Shown here piece by piece: positions 40,048-51,004 of a stretch of 64,000 nt of DNA (within the stretch, counting starts at the first letter, position 1; each line of letters opens with the position of its first letter). The DNA is from an uncultured candidatus Porisulfidus sp. GTDB taxonomy: Bacteria > Pseudomonadota > Gammaproteobacteria > Poriferisulfidales > Poriferisulfidaceae. The stretch covers positions 384,001 through 448,000 of the forward strand of contig OZ220480.1 of the NCBI GenBank assembly GCA_965116025.1, given 5' to 3'. The notes under the pieces were generated by a model. The model had not been told where the DNA came from and made no database searches. It worked only from the letters and a program-made list of their open reading frames with translations. The translations under genes and the position numbers were made by a program.

Positions 40048-40869
40048 ATGGATTCCGAACAGCTCTCCCGACTTCTGCCCGAGGCCAAGCGAATCGCCAA
40101 GGAGGCCGGCGCGCGCGTCCTAGCCACCCTCCGCGCGGGCTACGAGATCTTCGAGAAGGCCGATCGCTCTCCGGTCACCACGGTCGACCTGGAGGCCCAC
40201 CGGCGCATCGTCGAGCGGTTGCGGGCGCTGAACGAGCGGTGGCCGGTTCTGTCCGAAGAGGCTTCCGTCCTTCCCGCCTGGAAAGTCCGCCGGGACTGGG
40301 AGACGTACTGGCTGGTCGACCCTCTGGACGGCACCCGCGAGCTGTTTCGGCGAAGCGGGGAATTCACCGTCAACATCGCCCTGATTCACCGTCGACGATC
40401 CGTGCTAGGGGTCGTCGGCGCCCCGGCTCTGGACCTCCTCTATCACGCGCGTCGCGGTGGCGGCGCCTGGCGGTCGCGGGCGGAAGAACCCCCGGTCGCC
40501 ATCCGCGCCCGGCCCTTCCCCACCGATGGATCCGCCATCGTGGCGGCGAGCTTCCGTCACGCGCGCCCCGAAACTCAGCGGCTCCTCACGCGGCTGGGCC
40601 CGCACCGGGAGAGGCGCGTCGGGAGCTCGCTGAAGAGCTGTCAGGTCGCGGAAGGCTCCTTGGACCTGTATCCGCGCCACGGCCCCACTCACGAATGGGA
40701 CACGGCGGCGGCCCAATGCGTCGTGGAGGAGGCGGGAGGCCAGGCGCTCGACTGGCGGCTGCGCCCGCTTCGCTACAACGCGGGACCGAGCTTGGTCAAC
40801 CCCAGTTTTCTGGTGATCGGCGACCCCGGCCACGACTGGGCCTCCCTGCTGGATCCGGCGCCGCGATGA
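40048..40869 (+). CDS. cysQ: 3'(2'),5'-bisphosphate nucleotidase
   Basis: K.DRSPVT, LSEE, WLVDPLDGTRE, GSSLK, EWDTAAAQ. Confidence 0.93.
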   Translation: MDSEQLSRLLPEAKRIAKEAGARVLATLRAGYEIFEKADRSPVTTVDLEAHRRIVERLRALNERWPVLSEEASVLPAWKVRRDWETYWLVDPLDGTRELFRRSGEFTVNIALIHRRRSVLGVVGAPALDLLYHARRGGGAWRSRAEEPPVAIRARPFPTDGSAIVAASFRHARPETQRLLTRLGPHRERRVGSSLKSCQVAEGSLDLYPRHGPTHEWDTAAAQCVVEEAGGQALDWRLRPLRYNAGPSLVNPSFLVIGDPGHDWASLLDPAPR

Positions 40870-41067
40870 CCGCGCGACCGGATCCACCGGCGAGGCGAGA
40901 AAGAGCCCCGCGTCGCCATCTCCGAGAAATCTGGACATCCGCCAAGAGAGGATCCGGGAATCGGCGTGGGACCCGGTACAATGCTGTCCCCGTGACCGCC
41001 CCCTTCCACGCCGCGGACTCCGCGAGCGTTCCGTGAAAGAGACGGCGCGTTCCCGCAAGCCGATCTC

Positions 41068-42822
41068 GTGACCGCCGCTCTCACCGCTGACTTGGCCCAG
41101 GCCTGGCGCGCCCTTCACCAGCAGGGACTATTGCCAGCCGCGAATCCAGACCGCATCGAGGTCACGCCGACCAAGGATCCGCGCCACGGCGACCACGCCT
41201 GCAACCTGGCTCTGATCTTGGCGCGAGAAGCGAACGTCGACGCCCGGGAACTGGCTGAGAGGATCGCCGCGCGTCTCCCGGAGAACCCGGACGTGCAGGC
41301 CGTGGAGGTGGCTGGCCCAGGATTCCTCAACTTTCGGCTGCGGCCGGAAGCCAAGGCCGGGGTGGTGGACCGCGTCCTGGAGCGAGGCGCGAATTACGGC
41401 GCCCGCCCTCCCGGCAGCGAGCAGCGCGTCCTGATCGAGTACGTCTCCGCCAACCCGACCGGCCCTCTGCACGTCGGGCATGGCCGCGGAGCGGCGCTCG
41501 GCTCCTGCCTCGCCCGGATCCTCAGAGCGGCCGGCCACTCGGTCGAGAGCGAATATTTCATCAATGACGCCGGACGGCAGATCGACATCCTGGCGCTTTC
41601 CGTCTGGTTGCGCTATCTGGAACTGTGCGGCGAGCCGGTCGTCTTCCCCGAGGCGGGCTACCGGGGAGACTATATTCTGGACATCGCGGCCGACCGCCAT
41701 CGCGAGCGAGGCGAGGAGTGGCGCGCCTCTTTCGAGAACATCCAGGCGGGCGCGCCGGACGATGGCCCGGACGAGGACGGACGCGACGCGAGCTTGGACT
41801 TCCTGATCCTGCGGGCGCGGGATTTCCTGAGCGATTCGGCGTGGACCGAGCTCGCCTCGACCGCGACCGATACCCTGATCGAGCGCATCCGCCGCGATCT
41901 GGACCACTTCGGCGCGAGCTTCGACCAATGGCGGTCCGAGCGCGCGTTGCTGGACAGCGGCGCGGTCGAGCGGACGATCCGCCAGCTACGGGAGGCCGGC
42001 CACCTGTACGAGATGGAAAGCGCCCTGTGGTTCCGCTCGAGCGAGTTCGGCGACGAGAAGGACCGGGTCGTCCAGAGAAGCGATGGGCGATGGACCTACT
42101 TCGCGACCGACATCGCATACCACGCCGACAAGATGGCGCGTGGCTACGGCACCGTCATCAATATCTGGGGAGCCGATCACCACGGCTACGCCGCGCGGAT
42201 CCGCGCCGCCATCCAGGCGCTGGGGATCGACCCGGATCGGCTGGAAGTCCTGCTGGTCCAGTTCGCCAGCCTCCGTCGGGGCGAGCGGAAAATCTCGATG
42301 TCCACGCGCGAGGGAGAGTTCGTGCCCCTAGAGTCGTTGCGGCGCGAAATCGGACGAGACGCGGCGCGGTTCTTCTACGTCATGCGCAAGTCGGGGCAAC
42401 ATCTCGATTTCGACTTGCGGCTCGCCGCCGAGCGAAGCGCGGACAACCCGGTCTACTACGCGCAGTACGCGCACGCGCGAATCTGCAGCATCCTCAAGCG
42501 GGCGGAAGACGAGGATATCGACGTGCCCGACGCGCCTTGCGACCTTTCGCCCCTGACCGAGGCGGGCGAGCGCGCTCTGCAAAAACGTCTGTCACGCTAC
42601 CCGGACCTGATCCTGCGCTCGGCCCGGGAGCGCGAGCCCCACCATCTGACCGTCTATCTGCGCGAGCTGGCGCAGGAGTTTCACTCGTACTACAACGCCA
42701 TCGTGGTGCTCGCGGACGAGGCCCCGGTCCGTCGGGCCCGGCTTCGGCTGGTCTTGGCGGTGCGCCAGACGCTCGCCAACGGACTGAGCCTGTTGGGCGT
42801 CGACGCTCCCGAGAGCATGTGA
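41068..42822 (+). CDS. argS: Arginine--tRNA ligase
   Basis: SANPTGPLHVGHGRG, WGADHHGY, MSTREG, NPVYYAQYAHARI. Confidence 0.97.
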   Translation: MTAALTADLAQAWRALHQQGLLPAANPDRIEVTPTKDPRHGDHACNLALILAREANVDARELAERIAARLPENPDVQAVEVAGPGFLNFRLRPEAKAGVVDRVLERGANYGARPPGSEQRVLIEYVSANPTGPLHVGHGRGAALGSCLARILRAAGHSVESEYFINDAGRQIDILALSVWLRYLELCGEPVVFPEAGYRGDYILDIAADRHRERGEEWRASFENIQAGAPDDGPDEDGRDASLDFLILRARDFLSDSAWTELASTATDTLIERIRRDLDHFGASFDQWRSERALLDSGAVERTIRQLREAGHLYEMESALWFRSSEFGDEKDRVVQRSDGRWTYFATDIAYHADKMARGYGTVINIWGADHHGYAARIRAAIQALGIDPDRLEVLLVQFASLRRGERKISMSTREGEFVPLESLRREIGRDAARFFYVMRKSGQHLDFDLRLAAERSADNPVYYAQYAHARICSILKRAEDEDIDVPDAPCDLSPLTEAGERALQKRLSRYPDLILRSAREREPHHLTVYLRELAQEFHSYYNAIVVLADEAPVRRARLRLVLAVRQTLANGLSLLGVDAPESM

Positions 42823-43424
42823 TGGCGACTCCCAAAACCCGAGCGACGGCTCCAAAACGCCACGCCGCGTCCCCCAAGCGCGGGGCGGCGACCAAGCGGC
42901 GACGCGAGACCCGCAAGCCCCTGCCCCCGTGGCTCCTGCTCGGCGTCGGCCTGTTCCTCGGCGTCATCTGCGCGCCGCTGGCGCTCAACGTGGCGAAGAA
43001 GGTGGACTGGGCCGGTCTCTGGAGCAAGGCGTCGGCTCCCGTAACGGCCATCGCGCCAGAGCTTCCGAGCGTCCCGCGATTCGACTTTTACACCATCCTT
43101 CCGAACCAAGAGGTCGTGGTGCCGGACCCGGCGCCCCCGGCCGAGCGAAAAGCGAAGCCGGACGAGAAGAAGGCCCCGGCCGCGCCCCAGGGCGTCTACT
43201 ACCTTCAGGCGGGCTCTTTCCGAAAGATCGACGAGGCCAACGGCAGAAGGGCCCAAGTCATCCTGCTCGGAACCGAGGCGTCCATCCAATCCGTCACCAT
43301 CGACCGCGACACCTGGCACCGGGTCCGGATCGGGCCCTACGGAGACCTGGAGCGGCTACGCGAGGCGCGGCGGCGGTTGCGCGAGAACAACATCGATACC
43401 TTGCTGATCCGCGCCCACCGGTAG
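42822..43424 (+). CDS. SPOR-domain cell division protein (FtsN-like)
   Basis: Basic N-terminus, TM helix, FDFYTILP, YYLQAGSFR, WHRVRIGPY; typical position after argS. Confidence 0.85.
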   Translation: MATPKTRATAPKRHAASPKRGAATKRRRETRKPLPPWLLLGVGLFLGVICAPLALNVAKKVDWAGLWSKASAPVTAIAPELPSVPRFDFYTILPNQEVVVPDPAPPAERKAKPDEKKAPAAPQGVYYLQAGSFRKIDEANGRRAQVILLGTEASIQSVTIDRDTWHRVRIGPYGDLERLREARRRLRENNIDTLLIRAHR

Positions 43425-43429
43425 CGCCG

Positions 43430-43648
43430 TCACCGCGTCCGGATCTCCCCCTCGACCACCACGCGCAACGGTTCGGCCGGAGGCGAGCTCCCATAATCCG
43501 TCACGTCTTCCAGCGCGCAACGCAGCCGGAGAGGTCCTCCCTTCCCGTCCTCTAATAGCGCCAGATGACGGATGATCGCCTCGTCCGCCCGCACTCCAAA
43601 TGTTTTCAGTAGCATTCGAACGTCTTTCCTGCTCTCTTCGGCCATCAT
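43430..43648 (-). CDS. Small hypothetical protein
   Basis: 72-aa ORF with GAGAGAGG RBS, convergent with the SPOR gene. Confidence 0.55.
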   Translation of the reverse strand: MMAEESRKDVRMLLKTFGVRADEAIIRHLALLEDGKGGPLRLRCALEDVTDYGSSPPAEPLRVVVEGEIRTR

Positions 43649-43819
43649 CGCCTCTCTCGGGATGCCCCGGATATCGTTATCGAGAAGCCCATTGTAGGCG
43701 CGTCTCGGAAACGCGGAAGCTCATCCTCCGCGAAGCGGGATCCAGGCTGTCGGGAATTCCATGGATAAGGCCGAGCGCTCCTCGGGCTCACGCCGCCGTG
43801 GAACCACCGTCGGGCGGGA

Positions 43820-43895
43820 TGGTGGGCCATCAGGGACTCGAACCCCGAACCTGCTGATTAAGAGTCAGTTGCTCTACCAATTGAGCTAATGGCCC
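43820..43895 (-). tRNA. tRNA-Lys(CTT)
   Basis: Cloverleaf on the minus strand, anticodon arm CTGAC-TCTTAA-TCAG, CCA end. Confidence 0.95.
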
Positions 43896-43904
43896 ATCCT
43901 GGGA

Positions 43905-43981
43905 TGGGGTGAGCGACGGGACTTGAACCCGCGACCTCAGGAGCCACAATCCTGTGCTCTACCAACTGAGCTACGCTCACC
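43905..43981 (-). tRNA. tRNA-His(GTG)
   Basis: Anticodon loop TTGTGGC, G-1, CCA end. Confidence 0.95.
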
Positions 43982-43991
43982 ATCGACCGGC

Positions 43992-44068
43992 TGGCGCGCC
44001 CGGCAGGACTCGAACCTGCGACCCTCGGTTTAGAAGACCGATGCTCTCGTCCACTGAGCTACGGGCGC
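43992..44068 (-). tRNA. tRNA-Arg(TCT)
   Basis: GCGCCCG stem, anticodon loop CTTCTAA, CCA end. Confidence 0.95.
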
Positions 44069-44101
44069 GATTCCCAAACGACCTCCGCGGGTTCCGACGA
44101 C

Positions 44102-44178
44102 TGGTCGGGGCAGCGGGATTTGAACCCACGACCCCCTGCTCCCAAAGCAGGTGCGCTACCAGGCTGCGCCATGCCCCG
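44102..44178 (-). tRNA. tRNA-Pro(TGG)
   Basis: CGGGGCA stem, anticodon loop TTTGGGA, CCA end; first gene of the Pro-Arg-His-Lys cluster. Confidence 0.95.
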
Positions 44179-44380
44179 CCGCGCGCAGTGTATCAGATGC
44201 CCGGCGCGGCGTGGGAATTCTCTTCCGACGACCCGCGAGTCCCACGTCCTCGACGGAACGCTCCGTCAGGCCGAATGACCCGTTTCTGGCGGACCGGAGC
44301 GAAAGCCCGGCTCACGCTTTCCGGAAGCGCCAGCCGTATGTAGCGGACAACATGATCGCTCTCCAGCAAGTCGTCTCTTT

Positions 44381-44797
44381 TCATTCGTAGAGTAGCGCGC
44401 TCAGATCGAAAGCGTCAATCTGTCGCGATACGCCGTCGAAAGAATCACGACCGACGACGCGGGAAATTCGCCGCTTGGCCCCGCGCCGCTTGAAGATCAC
44501 GTATTGCGCCATTCCATCGCCAAGGAACTGCACCCCGAGGTGTGACCCATGCCCATCCTTCCAAACCGCGCGGAGGTTGCCGTTATCCATCAGCAGAAGG
44601 CCGCCCTTTCGAAAGCGAGGTGTTAACTTGATAAAGGCCCAGAAGTCGGCCTCCGACTCCGAATTCAGACGATATCCGTCATCCCTCGCGTAGGCTTTCA
44701 ATTCATCAATTCTAGAGGCATAGGCCCGCGCCCGAAGCGACGCGCGCGTTAGACCATCGAGATCGAATGCGAAACTTGGGACATTGCTATCGGTCAT
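44381..44797 (-). CDS. Hypothetical protein
   Basis: 138-aa ORF with protein-like composition, ATGA-coupled to a short downstream ORF (44193..44384). Confidence 0.6.
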   Translation of the reverse strand: MTDSNVPSFAFDLDGLTRASLRARAYASRIDELKAYARDDGYRLNSESEADFWAFIKLTPRFRKGGLLLMDNGNLRAVWKDGHGSHLGVQFLGDGMAQYVIFKRRGAKRRISRVVGRDSFDGVSRQIDAFDLSALLYE

Positions 44798-45399
44798 CTT
44801 GGCGGGTCAAGCGAGAGATGATGTGGGGAGTGATCCTCTATTCGCTCCCGGATGGCCTAATGCTTGCCATCAAGAGCGGAGCGCCGTAAAACGGAAACCG
44901 GGCGCGCCAAACTGGCCCGCGAGACCACTCCCCTCGCGCTTTTAGCGACCCCATAAAGACGCGCCCGCCGCCGCACGGCGTTGATAGGCGACGGGCACTA
45001 GCCGGGCCTCGCGCGACACGATATAAGCGCGGCGGCCCGGATTCTTTCATTATCTCATCTCCACCCCAATCGCCAGCGCGTCCGCCGCATCATATATGGT
45101 TCGTCCCCTCCCTGCAAGCCGGAAGCTGAAGCGACGGTCGACTGGCCACGCGCATATACCCGGTCTCTCGGTAGAAGGGCCACCGCCTTCCGGGCCCCGA
45201 TGGGTTCCACACGCTCCGGCCTTATCATTCAAATGGCCTTGAAGGCCTGTGTGCAATCAGGCGGTTCGCGTTTTAAATGGCGTTCGCATGGCTTTCATAT
45301 CTCCATTTGCTGGACTCCCTCGGTAGAGTCGGCGTGACCGGGACCTCCCTTCTTTGCAGATAGATCAGATATCGGAGTCATCGAAACCCTGGACGCGTG

Positions 45400-45424
45400 G
45401 GAACAAACAGGCGACAATGCTGTC
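45400..45424 (+). promoter_or_regulatory. Possible ECF-sigma promoter of the bufferin-like operon
   Basis: GGAAC-N17-GTC spacing about 50 nt upstream of ATG 45473. Confidence 0.3.
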
Positions 45425-45472
45425 CATAGTCCCTGCGGCTATCGCCCCCCTTTATCTCACCCTGAGGCTAAC

Positions 45473-45757
45473 ATGAAAAAATCTCCTTCTCTGGCATCCA
45501 GCCTGATCGCGCTGGCCCTGGGCTCCGGCCTCGCCTCCACCTCCGCGCTGGCGGTTCCCGACGCTCCCAAGAACTGGGAGAAATGCGCTGGCGTCTCCAA
45601 GGCGGGCATGAACGATTGCGGCGCGACGGATGGCGCGCACGGTTGCGCTGGAGCTGCTCCGGAAGACGGCATGGAAACGGAATGGATCTACGTCCCGGAA
45701 GGCACCTGCGAGAAAATCGTGGGCGGGTCGGTGTACGCGACCAAACCCGCGAAGTAA
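45473..45757 (+). CDS. DUF2282 / BufA1-type bufferin precursor peptide
   Basis: Sec signal, [34 protein letters not shown] four-Cys signature. Confidence 0.9.
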   Translation: MKKSPSLASSLIALALGSGLASTSALAVPDAPKNWEKCAGVSKAGMNDCGATDGAHGCAGAAPEDGMETEWIYVPEGTCEKIVGGSVYATKPAK

Positions 45758-45767
45758 GTCTCGCTTG

Positions 45768-46607
45768 ATGCCACCGGGCGCGAATCGGACGACCTCGCTC
45801 GCGGGAATGGGGGTCGGCTTGCGCGGCCCCCATGTCCCGGATATCTTGCGGCAAAGTCCCGCTGTTCCTTGGTTCGAGCTGCTGACCGACAATCACTTGC
45901 GCGACGGGGGCGCGCTCCGGTTCCAAGCCGAGGCGGTCGCGGAACGATACCCCGTGGCTCTGCACGGCGTCAACCTGTCACTCGGCGGCATCGACCCGCT
46001 GGATCATGAATATCTGGGTCAGGTCCGGGACCTCGCCCACCGCGTCGATGCCCGCCACGTCTCCGAGCATCTGGCCTTCGCAGCCTGCCAAGGCATCCAC
46101 AGCCACGACCTGCTGCCATTGCCATGGACGGAAGAAGCGCTGGGACATGTGGCGGACCGGATTTCGAACGCCCAGGATTTCCTCGGCCAAACCATCTTGG
46201 TCGAGAACATCTCCACCTATCTGGAGTACCAGCATTCCACTATGACCGAAGCCGACTTCTTGCGAGAGCTTTGCGCGCGAACCGACTGCGGGCTGCTTCT
46301 GGATATCAATAACGTCTACGTCAACTCAGTCAACCACGACCATGACCCGCGAGACCTGTTGGACTCCATTCCCTGGGCCCGGGTCCGCGAGGTTCATTTG
46401 GCGGGCCACGAGGAGCGCGACGGGCTCCTGGTCGATACGCATGGAGGACCCGTCAGCGATGACGTGCTGAATCTGTTTCTGGACGTGGCCCCCAAAATCC
46501 CGGAGGTTCCCGCGCTGTTCGAATGGGACACTTCTCTGCCCGCATGGCCCGTCGTCTGGCAGGAAGCCCAACGGCTTGACGAGGCCTTCCGGGCCGCGCG
46601 CGCGTGA
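45768..46607 (+). CDS. DUF692 multinuclear non-heme iron oxidase (BufB-like)
   Basis: GVGLR.PH, LHGV.LSLG, VSEHL, HDLLPLP, ILVEN.STY, LLLDINNVYVN, HLAGH, DTHG, EWD. Confidence 0.93.
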   Translation: MPPGANRTTSLAGMGVGLRGPHVPDILRQSPAVPWFELLTDNHLRDGGALRFQAEAVAERYPVALHGVNLSLGGIDPLDHEYLGQVRDLAHRVDARHVSEHLAFAACQGIHSHDLLPLPWTEEALGHVADRISNAQDFLGQTILVENISTYLEYQHSTMTEADFLRELCARTDCGLLLDINNVYVNSVNHDHDPRDLLDSIPWARVREVHLAGHEERDGLLVDTHGGPVSDDVLNLFLDVAPKIPEVPALFEWDTSLPAWPVVWQEAQRLDEAFRAARA

Positions 46608-47380
46608 ATCTCGCGGACCTCCAGGCCAAAATGCTGGAGGCGGTCACCGGAGCGGCGCGTTCGGATCCTAAGCTCGCCTCCCTGATTCCGCCAGCCCGCG
46701 GAATCGCCCCAGAGACGAGGCTGAACGTCTACCGCGCCAATATCCGGGAAGCGCACCTGAAAGCGCTCGACGATGCCTATCCGGTCACCCGGAAGGTCTT
46801 GGGTCCCCGCTATTGGCGGCAGCTGCTGGCGCGGGAAATCCCGGCGTTCGGGTCCCGATCTCCCGATCTGCATGACTACGGGGGCTTCCTGCCAGAATTA
46901 CTTGACCAAGCACAGAAGCGCCGGGAAGAATTGGCCGACTTCGACTATTTGGGCGAGCTCGCGCGGCTCGAGTGGCTGGTGCGCATGGCGGGATTCCAAG
47001 CCCCCGATCCGGATTTCGACTGGACCGCCTTTCGATCACTGGGAAAGGACCGCCAAGCGCGAGTCCGGTTCGTCTTGAGCGACGCGCTACGCTGGACTCG
47101 ATTCTCCCAGCCCGTCGACGCGCTGTGGCATTCGCACCAAGAAAACGGACAAGACCTTCCCCCGCAAGCCCCGGTCGCCTGCTGCGTCTGCCGGAAACAA
47201 CGCTTCGATGTCACGGTCCGCCGGCTATCCGAGCGCGAATGGACGCTTCTGGAAGCCATCGGCGAAGGCCGATGCCTGGAAGAAATTCCCCACAGTGCTT
47301 CCGAGACCACCGCGAGAACCCTGCTCGACTGGATTCGACGAGGATGGATCAGCGGCTTTCAGGAAGAGCCGCCCGGCTAA
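46604..47380 (+). CDS. DUF2063 partner protein (BufC-like)
   Basis: [29 protein letters not shown]; GTGA-coupled to DUF692. Confidence 0.88.
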   Translation: MNLADLQAKMLEAVTGAARSDPKLASLIPPARGIAPETRLNVYRANIREAHLKALDDAYPVTRKVLGPRYWRQLLAREIPAFGSRSPDLHDYGGFLPELLDQAQKRREELADFDYLGELARLEWLVRMAGFQAPDPDFDWTAFRSLGKDRQARVRFVLSDALRWTRFSQPVDALWHSHQENGQDLPPQAPVACCVCRKQRFDVTVRRLSEREWTLLEAIGEGRCLEEIPHSASETTARTLLDWIRRGWISGFQEEPPG

Positions 47381-48570
47381 CTCTCAATCAGGCGCACCTT
47401 CGCCACGCGGCGGCGGCCGACCTGTAGCACGAAAGAATGATTGAGGGCAATCTCCCGCTTCAGGTCCTCAACTTTCTCACCATCCACTCGAACAGCGCCA
47501 GCCTCGATCATCCGGCGCGCCTCCGAGGTCGAGGAGCACAGCCCAACTTTTTGGAGGACGTTCGGTAGCGGCAACGTTTCCTTCGCTGGCAACGTGACTT
47601 CCTCCATATTCTCGGGGAGCTGGTGATCACGGAAGCGCGACGTGAAATCCGCTTGGGCCCGTTCCACGGCCTCCTCGCCGTGGAATCGGCCAACCAGCTC
47701 CCGCGCCAATTCCATTTTGGCATCGCGGGGATTGGCTCCAGCCTCCACTCGCTGGCGCAAACCCTCCAGCTCCGACTCCGGGCGCAGGCTCAGCAAATCG
47801 AAATACCGCCACATCATCGGATCCGACAGCGACATGAGCTTGCCGAACATCTGCTCGGGAGCCTCTTGGATCCCGATGGCGTTATCGTAGGATTTCGACA
47901 TTTTGCGCACGCCGTCCAGCCCCTCCAGGAGCGGTAAAGTCATCACGATCTGCGGAAGCATCCCGCGCCGCTTCTGCAACTCCCGCCCCACCAGAAGATT
48001 GAACGTTTGGTCCGTCCCGCCCAACTCCACGTCCACCTCCAGCACGACCGAGTCGTAGCCCTGGATCAGGGGGTACAGAAGCTCATGGATCGAGATAGGC
48101 TGGTTCTCGCTATAGCGCTTGGAGAAATCGTCCCGTTCCAGCATGCGCGCGACCGTGTGTTCCGAGGCTAACCGCACTAGGTCGTCTGGAGTCATTTGGT
48201 CCATCCACTCCGAATTGAACCGCACCTCGGTCTTTTCCCGATCCAAGATCTTGAACGCCTGATCCAGATAGGTTCGCTGGTTGGCCCGCAACTCTTCCGA
48301 TGTCAGAATTGGGCGGGTAGCATTGCGCCCGGACGGGTCCCCAATTCGGCCGGTGAAATCCCCGACCAGAAAGATCACATGATGTCCCAAATCCTGAAAC
48401 TGTCGCATTTTATGCATCAGGACCGTGTGGCCGAGATGCAGGTCGGGCGCCGTCGGGTCGAAGCCCACCTTGACTCTCAGCGGTCGCCCGCTATCCAAAC
48501 GTTCGAACAAGTCTTCCTTGTGGAAAACTTGTTCAGTTCCGCGAAGGATATCTGGGGGTTGGGCGTTCAC
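47377..48570 (-). CDS. tyrS: Tyrosine--tRNA ligase
   Basis: [26 protein letters not shown]4 domain QVGRRR. Confidence 0.97.
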   Translation of the reverse strand: MNAQPPDILRGTEQVFHKEDLFERLDSGRPLRVKVGFDPTAPDLHLGHTVLMHKMRQFQDLGHHVIFLVGDFTGRIGDPSGRNATRPILTSEELRANQRTYLDQAFKILDREKTEVRFNSEWMDQMTPDDLVRLASEHTVARMLERDDFSKRYSENQPISIHELLYPLIQGYDSVVLEVDVELGGTDQTFNLLVGRELQKRRGMLPQIVMTLPLLEGLDGVRKMSKSYDNAIGIQEAPEQMFGKLMSLSDPMMWRYFDLLSLRPESELEGLRQRVEAGANPRDAKMELARELVGRFHGEEAVERAQADFTSRFRDHQLPENMEEVTLPAKETLPLPNVLQKVGLCSSTSEARRMIEAGAVRVDGEKVEDLKREIALNHSFVLQVGRRRVAKVRLIES

Positions 48571-48849
48571 AAGTGTAGGAGAACAGGTGGATAACTGCTG
48601 AGGACACCGCTACCCAAGAAGCCATCCGTGGAAAGACTGGATTTTCCTGAAAAAATCCTTAAGCAAGCAGTATTGGGAATAAACGGAGAAGGCTTAGAAA
48701 GCGAAGCCCCCGGACACGACGACACGAGGGCTTCTGGCGTGGACAGCATCTAACATGATTCTCATGGATCCACGGACTCCGCGGCGAAGCGAGGCGGAAT
48801 GCCATCCATGAATGATCGCCGCCTGATCACGCGCCTGGCCTGCCGCCTA

Positions 48850-50022
48850 TCAGCCCATAAAGTCGAAGTCAGACTCCGTCAGATCTGAAACGTCGAAATT
48901 CTCAAGCGTGATCGTCCAGTCCGGATTAGGGTCTCTCACGTTCGGACCCGCCGCCGCCTCGCCAGGCTTCGGCTGGTAATACTCTTGAATGATCGTGTGC
49001 TTGCCGTCTTGACGGATATCCAAATCATCCTTCGAGTCGATCCCATCCATCACGATTTGGATTTTGTCATTGCCGGACTTCTTGAAGTCTAGGATGTCAT
49101 CGTGTCCGACCAGCTCTGTAAGGGTGTAAACAAAAGTGTCATCGCCACTTCCGCCAACCATATCGTCATCGCCCTTGCCGCCTTCTATAGTGTCATCGCC
49201 CGCGCCACCGTTTATAAGATCGATGCCGTCCCCCCCGCGCAACGTGTCGTCGCCCGCGCCGCCAGCGATCCCGTCGTCGCCCGCGCCGCCGTCCATAATG
49301 TCGTCGCCATCATTACCGGACATAGTGTCATCGCCGGCGCCACCGTCCATAGTGTCGTCGCCCTTGCCGCCATGTATCTCGTCATCGCCATCGCCTCCCT
49401 TCAGCGTGTCGTCGCCGCCCCCGCCGTATATAGTGTCAACGCCTTTGCCGCCGTCAATCGTGTCGTTTCCTTCGGCGCCATTTTGGCTTTCGCCTTCGGG
49501 AGTCAGCTTCGGGTTGGAGCCGTCCGCGAGCGTGTCGCCGTACAGCTCGTCGTTGCCATCGCCTCCCTTGATCGTGTCATCGCCCGACCCTCCGCGTATC
49601 GTGTCCACGCCCTCGCCGCCAGTGATCACGTCATTTCCTTCATCGCCGTTCATCGTGTTCCCGTCACCGCCACCGGTCATCGTGTCCACACCCTCGCCGC
49701 CGGCCATCGTGTTATAGCCAGCGCCACCTTCCATCGTGTCGTTGCCCGCTCCACCTTCCATATAGTCGTCGCCATCGCCACCGCGCAACGTGTCGTTGCC
49801 ATCACCGCCGAATAGGTCATCGTCACCCGCGCCGCCGAACAGACGATCGTTGCCCCCTTCCCCATATAGCGAGTCATTGCCCAAGAACCCGTATATCCAG
49901 TCGTTTTGATCGTCTTTCCCCTTCAGATTCCCAGCACCAGAACGATAGTTATCGGGGTCACCTGGACCGTAATAGTCTTCAAAATCGGACTCGGGGGTAC
50001 CTTCAGTTTTTTCTCTAGCCAT
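48850..50022 (-). CDS. RTX calcium-binding repeat protein, likely T1SS substrate
   Basis: Many GGxGxDxUx nonapeptides; no Sec signal; C-terminus [14 protein letters not shown]. Confidence 0.9.
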   Translation of the reverse strand: MAREKTEGTPESDFEDYYGPGDPDNYRSGAGNLKGKDDQNDWIYGFLGNDSLYGEGGNDRLFGGAGDDDLFGGDGNDTLRGGDGDDYMEGGAGNDTMEGGAGYNTMAGGEGVDTMTGGGDGNTMNGDEGNDVITGGEGVDTIRGGSGDDTIKGGDGNDELYGDTLADGSNPKLTPEGESQNGAEGNDTIDGGKGVDTIYGGGGDDTLKGGDGDDEIHGGKGDDTMDGGAGDDTMSGNDGDDIMDGGAGDDGIAGGAGDDTLRGGDGIDLINGGAGDDTIEGGKGDDDMVGGSGDDTFVYTLTELVGHDDILDFKKSGNDKIQIVMDGIDSKDDLDIRQDGKHTIIQEYYQPKPGEAAAGPNVRDPNPDWTITLENFDVSDLTESDFDFMG

Positions 50023-50071
50023 TTTGTTCTTCAGTAGCGTTGTTGTTATCAGACAGGGCGAAGTCAGCGCC

Positions 50072-50761
50072 TCACCCCATGAAGTCGAAATCGGAATCGG
50101 TCAAGTCCGAAACATCTACTATCCAGAGCTCGATGCTCCAGTCACCGTCGGGCCCGGTGATTATCGCGCCGCCTGTTCTGCTCTGCTCGATGGTCAAGTC
50201 CTCGAACGTCAAGCCCATTTCTTCCGCGAACACGATCATGTCCTCGCCGTCTTGGAAGTCCTTGATTATGTCGTCACCTTTATGGCCTGCGAAAGTGAAG
50301 CTATCAGCGCCCTCGTCGCCGGACATCCGATCATCGCCCTGGCCGCCGTGCAGAACGTCATCGCCCTTGCCGCCGCCCAACCGATCATCGCCCTGGCCAC
50401 CGAGCAACGTGTCATCGCCGTCGTGGCCTTCCATCATGTCATCGCCCCGGCCGCCTTTCATCCAATCGTCGCCATCATTGCCGAACAGAAAGTCATCGCC
50501 CCGGCCGCCTTTCATCTTGTCGTCGCCGGCGCCGCCGTGCAACATGTCGTCACCCTTACCGCCTTTCAGAACGTCATCGCCCCCGCGCCCCCCTAGCCGG
50601 TCGTCGCCGTCACCGCCGAACATCTTGTCGTCGCCATCGCCGCGGCCGACAAAGTCATTGCCTGCGGTACCAACGTAATCGTAGTCCGCGTTGTAATCCT
50701 GCCACCATTTAAGGAAAGAATCGTCCGTAAGGATCGGGTGTCCTGTTTTCCAGCTGCTCAT
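50072..50761 (-). CDS. RTX calcium-binding repeat protein, likely T1SS substrate
   Basis: GGxGDD repeats; AAGGAG RBS before ATG 50761; C-terminus [14 protein letters not shown]. Confidence 0.88.
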   Translation of the reverse strand: MSSWKTGHPILTDDSFLKWWQDYNADYDYVGTAGNDFVGRGDGDDKMFGGDGDDRLGGRGGDDVLKGGKGDDMLHGGAGDDKMKGGRGDDFLFGNDGDDWMKGGRGDDMMEGHDGDDTLLGGQGDDRLGGGKGDDVLHGGQGDDRMSGDEGADSFTFAGHKGDDIIKDFQDGEDMIVFAEEMGLTFEDLTIEQSRTGGAIITGPDGDWSIELWIVDVSDLTDSDFDFMG

Positions 50762-51004
50762 GGTTTGCTCCTTTGTAGTTCCAGTGTGATCCAGCGAGAC
50801 TCGCGCCTCATCTATAAGATATAGCGGTATAGAAATTATAGCAAGACACAAAAACCCCCAAACTTGCTCTCAAACCCATGCCATCCCGAAAAAACTCGCG
50901 CTAGTCCTAGTCATTTTGCCCGTTAAGCCTTACAATTTACCCCCCCGATATAGAATGGGAGAGGGTTTTTTCATTCGCGCACAGCTAGGCGACAGAACTT
51001 CCCT

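Noticed and set aside
48850-50700. Periodic ~27-bp repeats resembling an array
   Set aside because: They encode RTX nonapeptides in frame; there are no unique spacers or cas genes, so this is not CRISPR.
50940-50946. C7 run upstream of the M23 peptidase gene
   Set aside because: Too short to stand out in GC-rich DNA.
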